A DNA stretch of 63,504 bases, counting the filler, from Folioceros fuciformis (taxonomy: Eukaryota): NCBI GenBank assembly GCA_049999805.1. It is 7 parts of 6 records of this genome, joined end to end, with 100 filler letters (N's around TTAATTAATTAA, not from the genome) between each part and the next. Parts side by side here need not be neighbours in the genome. Positions count along the whole stretch, not along the records: positions 1 to 13,626 come from JBNGIO010006119.1; 6 more parts are not named here. One strand, given 5' to 3'. Of this stretch, positions 1-13,252 are shown one piece after another. The number at the start of each line of letters is the position of its first letter. The first letter of the stretch is position 1. The position numbers and the translations under genes were made by a program. Below the pieces are notes generated by a model that worked only from the letters and a program-made list of their open reading frames with translations, made no database searches and had not been told where the DNA came from.

Positions 1-892
1 CATTCCCTGCATAGCCGGGCGGAAGAGGAGGGCTCAACCGTGCACGCCCGTCCACGGCCAGCCCCAGCCTGATCTCCTTCCCAGCCTCCAGTCCCCGTGC
101 CCGGGTTATGCATCTCCACAGGTGGCCTGTCACAGACTCGAAGGCAGTGAAGGAGGTCCCCGCTTCGGCCGCCCGATGCTTGAGCTCGTCCACCCGGGTG
201 GAGTCCAGCTCCAGCAGCTTGGCCTTCATGGGAGGAAAGGACGCCGGGAAGGCGGGAGCTGTTAGGGTGTACTCCGCGTGGGGGAAGCGGGTAGCAGGAG
301 GATGCCTGGCCTGAAGCAGCGATCTGTCATGGCGCGGGTTCCCGGACACCTCCTTCCCTAGGGCAATCTCGCTCCAGGTGAGCACAAACTGGCTGGTCGC
401 AAATCCATCCCCCACGTTGTGATGGAATTGGACACCGAGTGTGGCGCCCCCGCACTGGAACGTTGTCACCTGGACGAGCAGCAAGGGGAGCTGGTGGACC
501 GGCTGTGCCAAGTCCACCTCCGGCATCAGCTCGCTGAAGTCCGTGTTCGGCTGGAATCCCCCAAGGTCCTGCAGCCGGCCCTCGGCCGTAGCTTCCACGA
601 ACACAGCCCCGGCATCGATGCATTCCACATCTAACCCTTTGTCCGGCCTCTCCTTCAGCCTGCCCGCGAGTGGGTAGTACAGGACCAGCACCTGTGCCAG
701 GGACGCCTTCAGCGCGCATGCTGGGAGAAGCTTCCGCGAGGTCTGATCTGGCTTGGGGTAGAAATGGTACAGGAGCTGAGTGTAGCAACGAGGCATGACC
801 TGATCGTTGTTGGTCAGGACTAGCAGCTGTAGTTGGGGAGAGGTCGGGGTGGCAGGGCCGACAAGCTCGCGCTGTCCTCTAGTGAGCTTCAT
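1..892 (-). CDS. BAHD-family acyl-CoA acyltransferase, 3' end beyond window edge
   Basis: Manual minus-strand translation from ATG 892 gives MKLTRGQRELVGPATPT...LKASLAQVLVLYYPLAGRL...LLVQVTTFQCGGATLGVQFHHNVGDG. This contains YPLAGR and the catalytic HxxxD (HNVGD). It is absent from the ORF track, probably because it runs off the window. Confidence 0.92.
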   Translation of the reverse strand, partial: MKLTRGQRELVGPATPTSPQLQLLVLTNNDQVMPRCYTQLLYHFYPKPDQTSRKLLPACALKASLAQVLVLYYPLAGRLKERPDKGLDVECIDAGAVFVEATAEGRLQDLGGFQPNTDFSELMPEVDLAQPVHQLPLLLVQVTTFQCGGATLGVQFHHNVGDGFATSQFVLTWSEIALGKEVSGNPRHDRSLLQARHPPATRFPHAEYTLTAPAFPASFPPMKAKLLELDSTRVDELKHRAAEAGTSFTAFESVTGHLWRCITRARGLEAGKEIRLGLAVDGRARLSPPLPPGYAGN

Positions 893-2480
893 TGTCGCAC
901 CAGCCGCGGGGGCTCCAAACTGCACCTTCACGCTCTCACATTGGTCTTACATCCGCCAGGAAGTACGTCAGAGCCTTGGGGAATTCAGAGACAAGTTCGT
1001 GCCTCACAGTATCCACCTCGCCTTGGCGAACACGGCAGCCACAGCCAGACGGAAGGTGGAGTTGACGTACGGCATGCACCGCATCGAGCATCCTAAATAT
1101 TATAAAATGTTATAAAACACATATATTAACAATTATATATATACCAATTTTTCCAAATTAACCCTCTAGCCGCAACCCAAGAGCAAGGGCAAGAGGGCAT
1201 GGGAGACTTTATTAGGAAATGAGATGGAAAAACTGATCTAGCTCCAACGAGGAAAATCTACAGTTGGCTGGGCGAAAGAGACGAAAGCTGCTTTCCGGTA
1301 ACGAAAGCTCCAAACTTGAACATGTTTTCCCAGCATCCATGATCGCTGGTGTGATGGCTTAGAGTTCAGTTCTTGAAGACCATCGCCAAGGTTCATGTAC
1401 CAAATTCCAGTTGACTTGGTCCTGCAATCATGCCAGTCCGTCTTCACAACTCTCCTAGACGAGGTGTCGACCAGACATCTCACAGCATCATCCAAACAAC
1501 CTCGTGTCCGAACACATGCCCACCAAGCAGCTGCGTTTACAAACACCACCTTCCCTGCCCCCATCACGTTACAGCACCTACGTTTCCTGTTGTGATGCAC
1601 CTACACTGGCATGCATGCCTGCTGAAGGCAAACAACGTGATCATAACACAACCTGCTGTTGCGACTAGCCTCACCTTACATGAATTTAGCATGAAACTCG
1701 CCAGGCTGTTGCCAACACACAAAAGAGCCTTGACCGCAACGGGACCGCCCTGGACTTCAGCTTTGACCTCCTTTCTGCAAACCAGGTCCTTTGCACAGGG
1801 ACGCGCCTTCAGACTGCCAATGAGATATGGTCATCCGGCTCAACATGATTGTGGCATCTGTTGATGTGCTCAATTGAAGTCTCCATCGGCTTGCGATAGC
1901 AAGTTTTAGCCACGCGTCCCAGATAACAGGAACAGGGTGGCCGCTGTCCTCTCAGATTGGGAGTACACTCGAGTCTTCTTTCCATACAGATGATTCGCAC
2001 ACAGAGCAGATAACTTATGCCTTCAAGCGTTTCTCTCGCACTAAAAAGCAAAGCTACCATCCAACCAGCTAACAAGTCCAGCTGTAGCATGAGTCACGCA
2101 GGGTATGCGTACGGAGGAGAATGTATAATGTTATCTGTCTGCTCCAGTGAATAACCTTCAAGAGTTGCACGACTGATCGTTGAGCAGCTGAGCTTTCTAA
2201 AGAGGAGTTCCACGTTGTCAGGTCTGCAAGAATGACAGCCAGTTATCACAACTCAACGTTGCTAACAGGTACCAGACAAGACAGGACTGAGGATTTTACA
2301 GCTCGCTCTGACCTGGGAATGTGGCAGTCAAGCTAGCATTCCTGTCCATACTGCACTCGTATCTTATTTGGGATCGTAGCAATGCAGCTGGCATCCGTGT
2401 CCATCTTCACTTGTATATAATGAAGGCCACCTAGGCAAAGCTCACAACCATAATTAATCCGGTTTAGATGTGAAATCAAA

Positions 2481-4848
2481 TCAAGCATGTTTCTTGATCT
2501 GTGAGCTCAGGAGTTTGAGTAATTTGTATATCACTGCCTCCTGTGGATGGATGCGGTCTCCCACCAAAAACGTGTGTACCTCCTGATCGTGCTCAATCCA
2601 GCTCTGCCCGGTTTTTTTCCATGAAAGTAAACCCTGCTTCAGCTCATCTATTCCCTTGGCGTTGTCTTCCATGCCAGCATCCATATAGATGTTGGCCATG
2701 AGAATGTAGGCCGCTGCATGTCTTGGTTGTAACTGCACGGCCCCGTCAAACGCACGCTTACCTAGTGTCACATTTCCATGATTTCGACAGGCACCAAGTA
2801 GGCAAAGCCACACCGGAAGGTCAGGCTTCATTGGCATCTGCGAAACCAGCTCTTCTGCCTTGCTGAACAGTCCCGCTCGCCCAACGAGATCAATTACACA
2901 AGCAAAGTGCTCCAGCTCTGGAGACATGCCATGATCTCTGGTCATGCTTTCAAAGCACTCTAATCCCTTATCCACCATGCCAGCATGACAGCATGCAGAC
3001 AAGAGAGCCAGAAAGGTAACGGCATTCGGTTCCACACCTGCCACACGCATGCGCTCGTAGCAGTTGATACTCGTTAAACAATCTCCTTGCCGGGCATACC
3101 CCGCAATCAGTGCAGACCATGAAACGACATCAGGGTAAGCCACGGAGTTGAATACACATTGTGCATCCACCATGCTGCCACAATTGCCGTACGCATGAAT
3201 AAGACTGTTCGCAGCACAGAGACTATGACCGAATCCGCTCTGCACAATACTTTGATGAGTGCGTACACACATTTCTAACGCCCCTATACTGCTGCAAGCC
3301 TTCAAAACGGAAATAAAGGTAGCCTCGTTGGACTTCATGCCTCCTGCCTGCATCAGAGAATAGAATTGCAATGCCTTTTCTGCTTGGTCGTTGTGAGCAT
3401 ATGCTTCGACCATGGCAGTCCACGACACCACATCTCGCTTCGACAGTGTGCAAAACACTTCCTCTGCATGTTTGGTGCTTCCACACTTGGCGTACATACT
3501 AATCAAGCAATTTCCCACAAAGGAATCTGAGTCAAACCCCATCGCATTAGCCGCAGCGTGTACTTCTTTTCCCCGTTGAAGGGACCACGGCTTCACAGTC
3601 TGACTGCTGAAGGGAGGAGACGATAGCTCCTTCTCAGCGAGGTTGCCGCATGCTTGCAGAGCGGTGACAAAGGCTCTCGCATCCGGCCTCACTCCTTCGG
3701 CTTGCATCTGCCAGAAAGAATGCAGGGCAGCTTCTGATTGCTCCTGCTGGACATAGGCTGCGATCATAGCAGTCCATGACACCACGTCGCGGTCGCGCAG
3801 ATTTTCAAACACCTGGCGGGCATCCTCGATGCTCCCACATTTTCCATACATCGTGAGCAAAGCGTTAGCCACAAAGACGTGAGAATCCAGGCCACAAGCC
3901 GTTGCTACACCATGTACTTCTCTGCCCTGCCTCAGGACCTCCTCCCTGCTCTGCGGCATGCTAGAGCATGCTTGCAGCACACTTACCAGGGAGCGTGCGT
4001 CTGGCCTCACCCCCTGACGACGCATCTGCTGAAAGAGAGCCAAAGCCTTAGGTGCTAGGTTCTGCTGCTGCGCGTACGCCGCAAGCATGGCATTCCACGA
4101 CACCAAATCGCAGTGGCACAAAGCGTGGAACACGCGTTCAGCATCCTCGATGCTGCCACATTTGGAATAGACCGTGAGCAAGCTGTTGGCAACAAAGACA
4201 TGAGAATCAAATCCGCCTTTCCTGGCGGCATCATGGATGTCCCTGGCCTGTAGCAGGGAGTGGAGCTTGACCTGCTGGCCATCCACCAGCGCGCCTTCCT
4301 CCTCCCGCGCGAGGCCGCCACATGCTTGAAGCGTGCTGACAAAAGTTCGCGCGTTCGGCGTAACCCCTGCCTGATCTTGCATGAGCCGGAAAAGGCACAA
4401 TGCTTGCTCTCCCTGTTGTTGCTGCGCATGCGCCGAAATCATGGCATTCCACGACACAATATCCAGGCGACGGCGAGGCAAGGCATCGAACACCTGCTGC
4501 GCGTCCGCGACGCTCCCACACTTGGCGTACATACTGATCAACGCAGACGCGACAAAGCCATGAGATTCCAGTCCACGTGCTCGAGCGTGTGCGTGAATGC
4601 GCTTGCCGTGCTGCAAGTCCCGTGACTTGGTGCATGCTTTGAGCAGATTGACAAAGGTGTGGNNNNNNNNNNNNNNNNNNNNNNNNNNNNNNNNNNNNNN
4701 NNNNNNNNNNNNNNNNNNNNNNNNNNNNNNNNNNNNNNNNNNNNNNNNNNNNNNNNNNNNNNGGCACCTCCTTGTCCCCCTGGAGAGCTCGCCTTCCTGT
4801 TGCAGCCAAGCCTGAGGTGATGTTCACAATCCGAAACTGCGCAAACAT
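2481..4848 (-). CDS. PLS-class PPR protein, E+ subgroup (organellar RNA-editing specificity factor); 5' part spans a 100-N gap
   Basis: Repeated P-L-S triplets (FVANSLLTVYSKCGSIEDA, VVSWTAMIAAY), then E domains and a PG box (KKTGQSWIE...VHTFLVGD), with a stop before any DYW deaminase. Putative ATG 4848 (MFAQFRIVNITSGLAATGRR) resembles a transit peptide. Confidence 0.93.
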
Positions 4849-5046
4849 CCTCCGAACCTCTCCTCCCCCCGTGGTGTGTCCCCGTCTAGCAGAGCGTCCA
4901 ATCCCCACCGATCCGAGTTGAAATTTCTCAATCCGATCTCAATCTCCCGTAAGAGTACACTCACTCACACTCAAAGTACCCTTATACTTCATCTTCATCA
5001 AAAAGGGTTGTCTACAACATCTTCATGCCCCAAAGCACACCCAAAA

Positions 5047-8000
5047 CTAAAAAATGTCATCCCAATTTTTGTCAATAGTTGGAGAGTGAGAAACATCCAC
5101 AAACTCTGGTTCATCGTCCCGAATACAAAGTGACGAATAGTCCAAAATCCTTGGGGGTATCATCTGTCAAAAAATCAAAACTTTATTAACACATCGAAAT
5201 AATATGTATTATTCCTTGGATCCTTGTAATACACTTGTGTTCTTCTTTCTTCACAAAGACAAATTTACTCACAGGAGGGTCTTCCTTTTGGCGGATCAAA
5301 AGTTGAAAGTTTATCAAATTTGTGAAAAAAGGATGCTCTTTCACATCGAGGGCACCTCGTTTACGGCATCCTAATCGAGTCTCAGGATTCGAGTCTAATA
5401 ACTTTCTAATAATATCAACAGCATTAAAGCTCATATAAGGAGGGAATCGTATGCGTCCTTCTGTTATTCTTTGAAATACTACCTGATAGAACCATGACAA
5501 ATTCATGAATTTTGTTTCATAAACATATACTTCGTTTTTTCAATATCAGGAAAGAAATTGTGCACATTCTTACTTGTGGAGAATCGTCGCATCGATTGAA
5601 AGGACTCGTGTTTGTTATCATTTCAAAGATCATGCAGCCTAAGGCCCAGTAATCAACCGCTTTACCATGTCCTTGTCGTTTTATGATCTCTGGTGCCATA
5701 TAGTCGGGTGTTCCACACATGGAATATGTTCTACGATTATGAATTTTTTTTGCAAACCCCATGTCAATAAGCTTGGGATAGCCATTATCTCCGATGAGTG
5801 TGTTTTCTGGTTTCAAGTCTCTATACACAATGCCTTTTGAATGCATGTACTCAAGCCTATAAATTTGAAATTATTTTATATTTTAGATAATAGGTTAAAA
5901 TAAACGTAAAAATAAATTAGAGAAACTATTGTATATCCTTACGCAAGAAGTACTCCTCCAGCATAAAAAGCTGCCTCCCACTCTTGCAAACGTCCTATTT
6001 TTTCCATAAATAAAAATAATTCTCTACCCGTGGTAAGTTCTTGTAAAAGATACACCTAAATGATGTAATTACAAATGCAGAAAATCTGATTAAAAGGTAA
6101 ATTTTAAAAAACATAACAAGTGTAGAATTTGAAAGATAAATAAGTCTGATTATCTCACACAAGTCTGGTCCTTGAAAGTGCGAATTAGCTTTGTTATGAA
6201 AGGATGGTCTAATTCTGCCATATGTAATTTTTCATTTCGAAGATGTTCTTCCTCTTGCATTTTAACAACCTGAATGATTCGCAGAAGGATTATATGCCTG
6301 TGTGAGAATTTATTATTTATATCAATAAATATATCGTCTCTGACATAAATACATCCCAATTACATCAAATACCTTAGCTTTGTTCACGCACTTCAAGGCA
6401 TAGTGCATCTTGCTGCGATTGCTGTAGACTAGCTTCACCTTCCCAAAAAGGCCTGTACGCAAAAACATGTACGAAGATGATCAAACGCTCGGTGTAGTCA
6501 GGCTTTAGATGGGCTTAGAAGTTGTCTTGCCGAGACAAGACGAGATCATGCCTGTTCCTAGAAGTCCGATCACTTGGAGCTCCTCAAAAACTATCGTCTT
6601 CACAATCCCTCTGAGCTCATTTTCCTTTCTCCGGAGTTCGTTTAGCTCAACCAACGGGCCAAGATTGGTCTCCAACACAGCCCTATCCAGATACACCAGT
6701 TCAACTCCTGTAACAGCGATGATGAAGTGGGAGACATGCAATGTATTGCAGGTAGAACGCTAAAAGCCATCCTGAACAGAGAGAAGAAGTAGGCTATCCA
6801 GATCAAAGCCTGGTCCTAGAGAGAAGCATGGTCAGGAAATCTTTTCTCACCTAACCCACCATGTCCATCTTCTCCCGCTACCATCGTGCACGCCCTCGAT
6901 CCTGCATGCAAAAGTGCCTCCTCTCCAAAAAAGGAGCCCTTGGAATACACAACTTGATCTGGAATGCTTCGTATACTTCCTCTAGTACTTGTTTCGGTCC
7001 TGACTTCATGAACTGTTCCTTTCCGAACAATGAACAGCCTATCGGCAACGTCAGCAGCTCGATACACAGTCTCTCCAGTCTTTAGTTTGAGTACACCCAT
7101 GGAACGAGAAAGTGCCTCTAACTCTGAGGCCGTCAAATACTCCAAGCATGGAACTTTCCTACAAAGCGTTTTCAGATTTAGCAAAATTTCGTTCTGGATG
7201 TGTCAATCTACTTGTTGCCCCTCTGGCTCTTTCGAAATTCACCTGAGAAAATCATACTTTGCATAGCACACTGTTTAAACACTCATAGAACAGGGAAAAA
7301 TGCACACCGTAACACCTTCAAGTTCACATTCCTCGTAAGAAGCTCTTGCACTGGGCCAATGATTGCTGTGACTTCAGCCAGTGATATGGACAAACACACA
7401 GCGCCTGCGCTATCCACAACAGCTCCTGCTTGCGAAAGTGGCCCATCTGTATCATCTTTGATGGAGTTCAGGAGACACTCGTCACCAAACACACCATACG
7501 TTGTAATGCTCCATGGGCCGGATGACCTGGATGCGTGACAACCAAAGACATTAGAATTTACCACATGCACAACCACCAGCGGCTTTTAGGTCATAGCAAG
7601 TTGGCGCTTATGAGCTATAACTTCTTGGCATCCTTACAGATGCATTCACCGCATAGCTAGCCTAGGGGCATTCAGAGGGCACATTGCCTAGCTACCTTCA
7701 TTACAAGCATTCAATTAAGGCAGAATAATGGTTCAGACTTGGAAGAACCACAGACCCAATATGCTGCCTTGGGCTTCCCCCCTGCCGAGGTACAAGAGGG
7801 CTCTTGTCCCCTACAAGGTCTAGCTTCAGGTCAGGCAATGTAGTCCTAAAGTCTACAGGCTTGCTCATCTTGGATAATGAATCTGGACCAGCTGCTATGA
7901 TGCTTCCTCGAGGAGATTGAGGTGTGCTACCCGAACCTGTTGTCTTCAGAAAAGACCCAAATCTGGTACCCCAGCCACCAAGAACAGAAGCAGACGACTC

Positions 8001-11000
8001 CCGTGGCTGTCTTACAGTATCCTTCAATGTGGGTTCCGGAACTCTGGAAAGAGATATTGAACCAGTTTGAACCACATATATCCTAGCTGCTGATCCCAAA
8101 GCTGCACCACAGGTTATGATTTCCTGCCCTGCAATAAGCCCACCAACCTTTTTATGTGCAGCCATTCAGGGAGTTAGAAAACTCTGGCAACTGTCAACTG
8201 GGCGTTCATACAGGTTCCAGGGACGTGCACTGATTGCTACCATCTAGGGTCCCTCAGCTCTTGATTTCATACCTCTCAAGTGGCACGTTTCACCGAATGC
8301 TTCCGCCAAACGTGCATGCATCTCAAAACTGAGCTCAAGAAATGCTGGAACGCGCTGCAAAGCCAAGGTCACAAGCTGGATTTGTAGACCCTTTCTCATG
8401 TTCTGTAGCATACCCTCAGTGAGCACACTTCTGTCCATACTGAGGGTAGTCACCTGAGGTACAACGAAAGAAAAGGGCGAGGCAAGTTACTTCTCACAAC
8501 CCCATACCCGTGCTCTGAACCATGGAAGAGAAAGGAAGTGATAAGAGAAATTGCAAGCCCCACAGGGTTCTGACACCAATCACTATACTCCTCTGACACT
8601 CCACCAACTACTTGTGTGGGCAGACAAGTGTGATTCCAATGCAACAAGTTACATGTTCTGAAGAAGCAACATAAGTCCACAGATTCACCGCTTCTGCACT
8701 CAACAGGAGTGCTTCACCTAATACTTCCAGCCGATTCATCACTGCTACTGTCTCCCCACCTGCACTTCCAGTAGATCCACCTGCTGTAGTTCCCCAGCTA
8801 ACCCGCACTTGACCATCTTGAATCAGGTGCACCTGGAGGTTGTATGTAGTGTCAGTTTAATGGCATCCCCCTTCTCGCGAGTTGATGGTTGGATCATGCG
8901 ACATCTTTGCCAAATTCAAAACTGTTGGGAGAACCTTGTCCATGGTGGCACCCGCGAGCAGTATGTGCTGACCACGTTGAAAAGTTGAGACCGTGCACTG
9001 CTGACTTATACTGACAATTTCCTTGGTTGAAAGCTTTTTGAGAATGGGTGCTTCTCTCAGCACCTGCACGCGCCAACAGACTTTTCAGTTTTGACTGGCA
9101 CTTTGTATTCAAGAACTCAAACAATGCAGTCCCCATTCGAGTACAGCTACATAAACGATGAAAGCAATAAAAAGAAAGCAGAACCATGCGAGTAACAAAC
9201 CTGTGCAGTTGCTGAGCCGGCTAAATGCCGCCCAATAATAGACTTGAAAGTTGCTCGATCCACAGCCCATAATAATGAGTGAACTGTTGCTTTGCAGGTT
9301 GCGTTTCGAACGTTGTCATACATTAAAGCCAATTCTCCAAAGCTCTCCCCAGCACCTTTAGTTTTCACAAGAGTAGGTGGCTCATTTCCCTACTTGATTC
9401 CATAACGAAGTCAGGAAGCCAGCGATTTGACACAATCCTCGTAAGCTTCTGAGTATATGCCCTACTTTATTTTGTCAGAACAAGATTAGGCTTATGTTGT
9501 CCTACATGTCCTTTTCCCTTTCCTCTATAAGGCTTTCGTAACAAGTGCCTTTCAAATAGATTCACACTTTGTAGAGTACTTACCTTTTTGGCTAGAATGT
9601 CAAATTCCCCAACATCCTGAAATTAGGGCGAGGTCATACATTCAGAATAGTGAGTTTCCATCTCAGCTACAAGCAACTTGTTGAAAGTTGGTACTCTGAG
9701 CACGTTTCCATGATACAAACGACCTGCTGCACAATCATTGCATATGCAGGTGTGCAGACAAGTAAGCTACATGCACGTACTATTATGTAGAAGTTGTCTG
9801 CAATGTCCCCCTGCTTGATAATTTCTGTGCCTGGTGCAACCCGAACATCCTGAAAGGCATCTATGATCTCCTCTCTTAAGGAAACATCCAAGTCTCCAAA
9901 AAGGAAGTGCTCTCTGAAGAAAGCTACCATGTCATAAACAATGAAGCTGAAGGCAAAACAGAAACAACCTAGCATCTACGAAAAACTGTTCGGCATTTCG
10001 GGCTCACCCGAGAATTTTACGAAGCCGCTCTTTGGTAGCATCAGATTTAGGGACGATTTTGCGAGGCCCTGCTTTCATTCTCCTCAAGGCCTTATCTCTG
10101 CATAAACTCCAGCCGTCAGATGCTACACGCCCACTTTCATCAACAACCACGGCTCTAGAAACCTAATACCTTATCCTCTCACGTCGGTGTTTCTTCAAAA
10201 CTCCGCGCACAGCCCGCTTCCAAGATTCAGACCAGTTGCTTGGGGCTTTTTCGTTTTCACTGCAGTCGTCACGGCAAGACTGAGGGGCAGCAACCACTCG
10301 GGGGGGATAAAATAGCCACGGGCACAGAGTAAAGCTTCTCAGTAGACTGCCTCCTCGCCAGTTGCGCAAACGGACCCTGATCAAAAGGGCCGACATACCT
10401 TCTACTGGTCATAGGTGGGACAGTCGATGATCCAAATTCTGCAGCTCTGACAGTATCTGAGACGGAAGAATCATGCAGTGTCTTCTTCGATGTTTCCTCT
10501 GCAGATGAGGATGGTGCAGAGGAATGGAGCATACTAAAGCTGGTACGGTCCAGAATTTCTGCAGCTTGATTTTCAGTTTTGGACCCCTCATCAGACTTCT
10601 CAGCACCAGGCTTTCCTGGAAGGAAACTCAGAACTCGCTGAATCCCTTCCTGAAACTCTTCGTCCTCGCAGACCTGTTGAGGCGCTGTACGTCAACACGA
10701 GGGGCAGCTGCGAAGTATTCCAGCGCTTACGGCCCCAGCTTGAAGTAGGCTTTAACCTTGTCAATTCCCTGCATATCCAAGGCCCCTCCTGCCAGAAACG
10801 CACCCAAGGCCTGCTTGATCATGCTCACTTGACGTGTATTGTATCGCTCAAACAACCCACATAGTTCACCGATGAGCTTCATGACAGCATCGTCTGCAGC
10901 TTCACTCAACCTCTGAAATGATGACAATGGTCAGGTCAATACAGTGAGCAAGCTGTATTTGCCGGAGCACCGCTTTGAAAACAGGAAATCTGTGACATAC

Positions 11001-11247
11001 TCCAAGAATAATTTTCACAGCCTCCACATTGGCAGTGGCACATGTCTCCGCAGCGGTTTCGATATATCGCACCAGGTCATGCCCTGAACCACCACATCCC
11101 AATTCCATCAGAAGTTCCCATTGCCAGACACAGAACCTGACCTTGCGCACACAAATTTTTGATAAACAAGGAAATGCTTGCTCTCTCACCAGGTTGGCTT
11201 GTGCCCGGGGTAGTGCAAGACTCGTCCGAGTCAGAGTCATCTCCCAT
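5047..11247 (-). CDS. Multi-exon cyclic-nucleotide-regulated AGC kinase with four CNB domains (algal/apicomplexan PKG-like architecture)
   Basis: Exons encode CNB folds (IIKQGDIADNFYII, FGELALMYDNVRNAT, FFGEEALLHAGSRACT) and a kinase (LGTGLFGKVKLV, YALK, YRDLKPEN, DMGFAK, CGTPDYMAPE) ending NWDDIF* at 5047. Start ATG 11247 is inferred from GT-AG exon chaining. Confidence 0.88.
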
Positions 11248-13252
11248 GTTGCCTTCCTTGCCGTGATCAGTACATATGTTTCCTGCGCGCTCATGGGAGG
11301 TGGAGAGTTTTGTTAGAATCTGATTCCGGAGGGTTTTTGTTTCAAGCACCCCTTAAACACAGTACCAAAGTGTCGTAAACGTTTGCTAGCTGTCTACCTA
11401 CCTACCTTTTAACCGTCGAGGAGGAAGGGTTGCGTGGCCTGTCATGTGACATCTTCATCGCCACTTGAACTCTAAAGCGAAGACTAAAGGTTGGGAGGTC
11501 AGTCTATGCTGTCAGGAGCGCCAGCGACGGCAGCGGAGTTTGGTAAGGCCGCGCTCGAAGCCGAGAAGCCGGCGGGCCTTCACCAGCAGCCGAGGCAGGC
11601 CGGAAAGACTCAGGCTTTTGGTGGAGAAGGAGCATGAAGTGCAGCACTATTCGAAGAACTGCGTCTTCTGGTGGAGAAGAAGCTTGAATTGCAGCATTAT
11701 TCCATGAACTGCATGTGCTAGGGCCAAAGGAGGATCGAAGCACGAAGGGCCGCCATGGCAGCGATACGTCTGTTTTTCCATATTACATGGTGACACCCTG
11801 AGGAGCTGCGTGAACAAGATCCACTCGTACGAGCTTCATCCATTTCTCTAGCATGAGTCTCACGCTGCACACTACAGCAGCGGCGGGTGCAGAAAGAGCA
11901 TATCCGCGCCTTCGATCCTGGCCATTGACGCACAAATTTGGCCTCCCAACCGGTAATTGTTCACGTCAGCTGGACGGCGTCCGGTCTTGTTGATGTTCCA
12001 CAGGACAGCAGCGGTAGGAATTTTGCAGCGATGGTAAATTGTCTTGTGAGTGAGGTAGTTGCGGTGTGAAGAGATTTGCTTGTCACGCACCGAAGGACTG
12101 GGATCTGTTACAGCTAAGCACGCCGTGCGGTGGCTGTTGATCTGGAGCTTCTGTCTGCACCAGAACACTGTTTTCGAAATGCTTCTTCGCAGATGGACAT
12201 CCATGTGGCTGGCTGCAGTCTGGAGTAGGCTAGTCCTGACTCCTGACTGAGTGGAGTGCTCACGGTTGTTGTGCCTGGATTCCTGTGAGGTCTCGGAGTA
12301 CATGTCCTGATGCTAGGGACACTACAGTCGGAGAGGGCCAGCAAGGTAGTGATGCATGTACGATGGATGAATGCGTGGAGCATAATTGAGTGATCCGTGT
12401 CTTCAGAAGGCACCTATAGTAGAATGTTCATTTCCAGTTTCTTTGTACCTGCGTTAGCGTCAGCAAAATTGTAATTTAGAGACATTGTGCAGATGTGAAG
12501 GAGGGTTGTAAATTACGTTTGCATTCCATGCTCCGTTTGTCTTGAATGTCATGCCAGGGAAAGACATTTCCTGAGTCCAAGTCTGTGTGAGATCGGGTGG
12601 GGTGGGCCCTACACCTGAAGGGGATGTTAAGTAATGACACTGGACTCTTTAGCATAGACATGCTGTCGATGAATGAACTCTTGTGGGAAGAGGACATGTG
12701 TCGTACATATCACATTGCAGTATATGCTCTGATGTGTAGCCATAGGCAGCATGAACATGGAATGACTGAAATGAAAAATCGAACATCTCGGCTTCTCATC
12801 ACATCGCCGCACTGGCGTTTGGTTTGTAGCGGAGTCAGACTCAGGTGGTCCAGTCCGCAGGGCTTCCTTGTTGGCTTCCCTCGCTCCTTCTCCCACGCGT
12901 TCTCACCAGCCAGGCAAGTACAGGCCCGGGCCAGCCCAGGCATGGAAGGCAAGCTAGCAGGGAGAAAATAGGTAGACGGGTACGAGCTAAGGGGCAGGCA
13001 GTAGCAACTAGGTCTGGCTATCTCCCTTTCCACTTGGATGCTCATGCAGGCATTTGCGAGTTTGAAGAGGCAGGCTGGGGGAGTGGAAGCGCGAGCGGGA
13101 GGCATGGAGCTCCTGGGCGTCTCGCCCCGCGAGTTGCCGCCTTCGGTGCTTTCGTGATCCGGATCTGCCTCACTCTCCACTGGGTGGATCTGCGGGTTGC
13201 GGGGGCAATCAGACTGGTGCCGTCGGCATCGGATGATAGCCGGCCAGCACAG

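Noticed and set aside
108..1115. Plus-strand ORFs listed in the track
   Set aside because: Mostly antisense shadows of the GC-rich BAHD gene.
11400..12800. miRNA precursor or small gene between the kinase and CCC1
   Set aside because: No exact conserved plant miRNA or clear long hairpin seen by eye; ORFs lack motifs.
12845..13252. N-terminal extension of the CCC1 ORF
   Set aside because: Starts at a non-ATG codon; CCC similarity begins only after ATG 13253.
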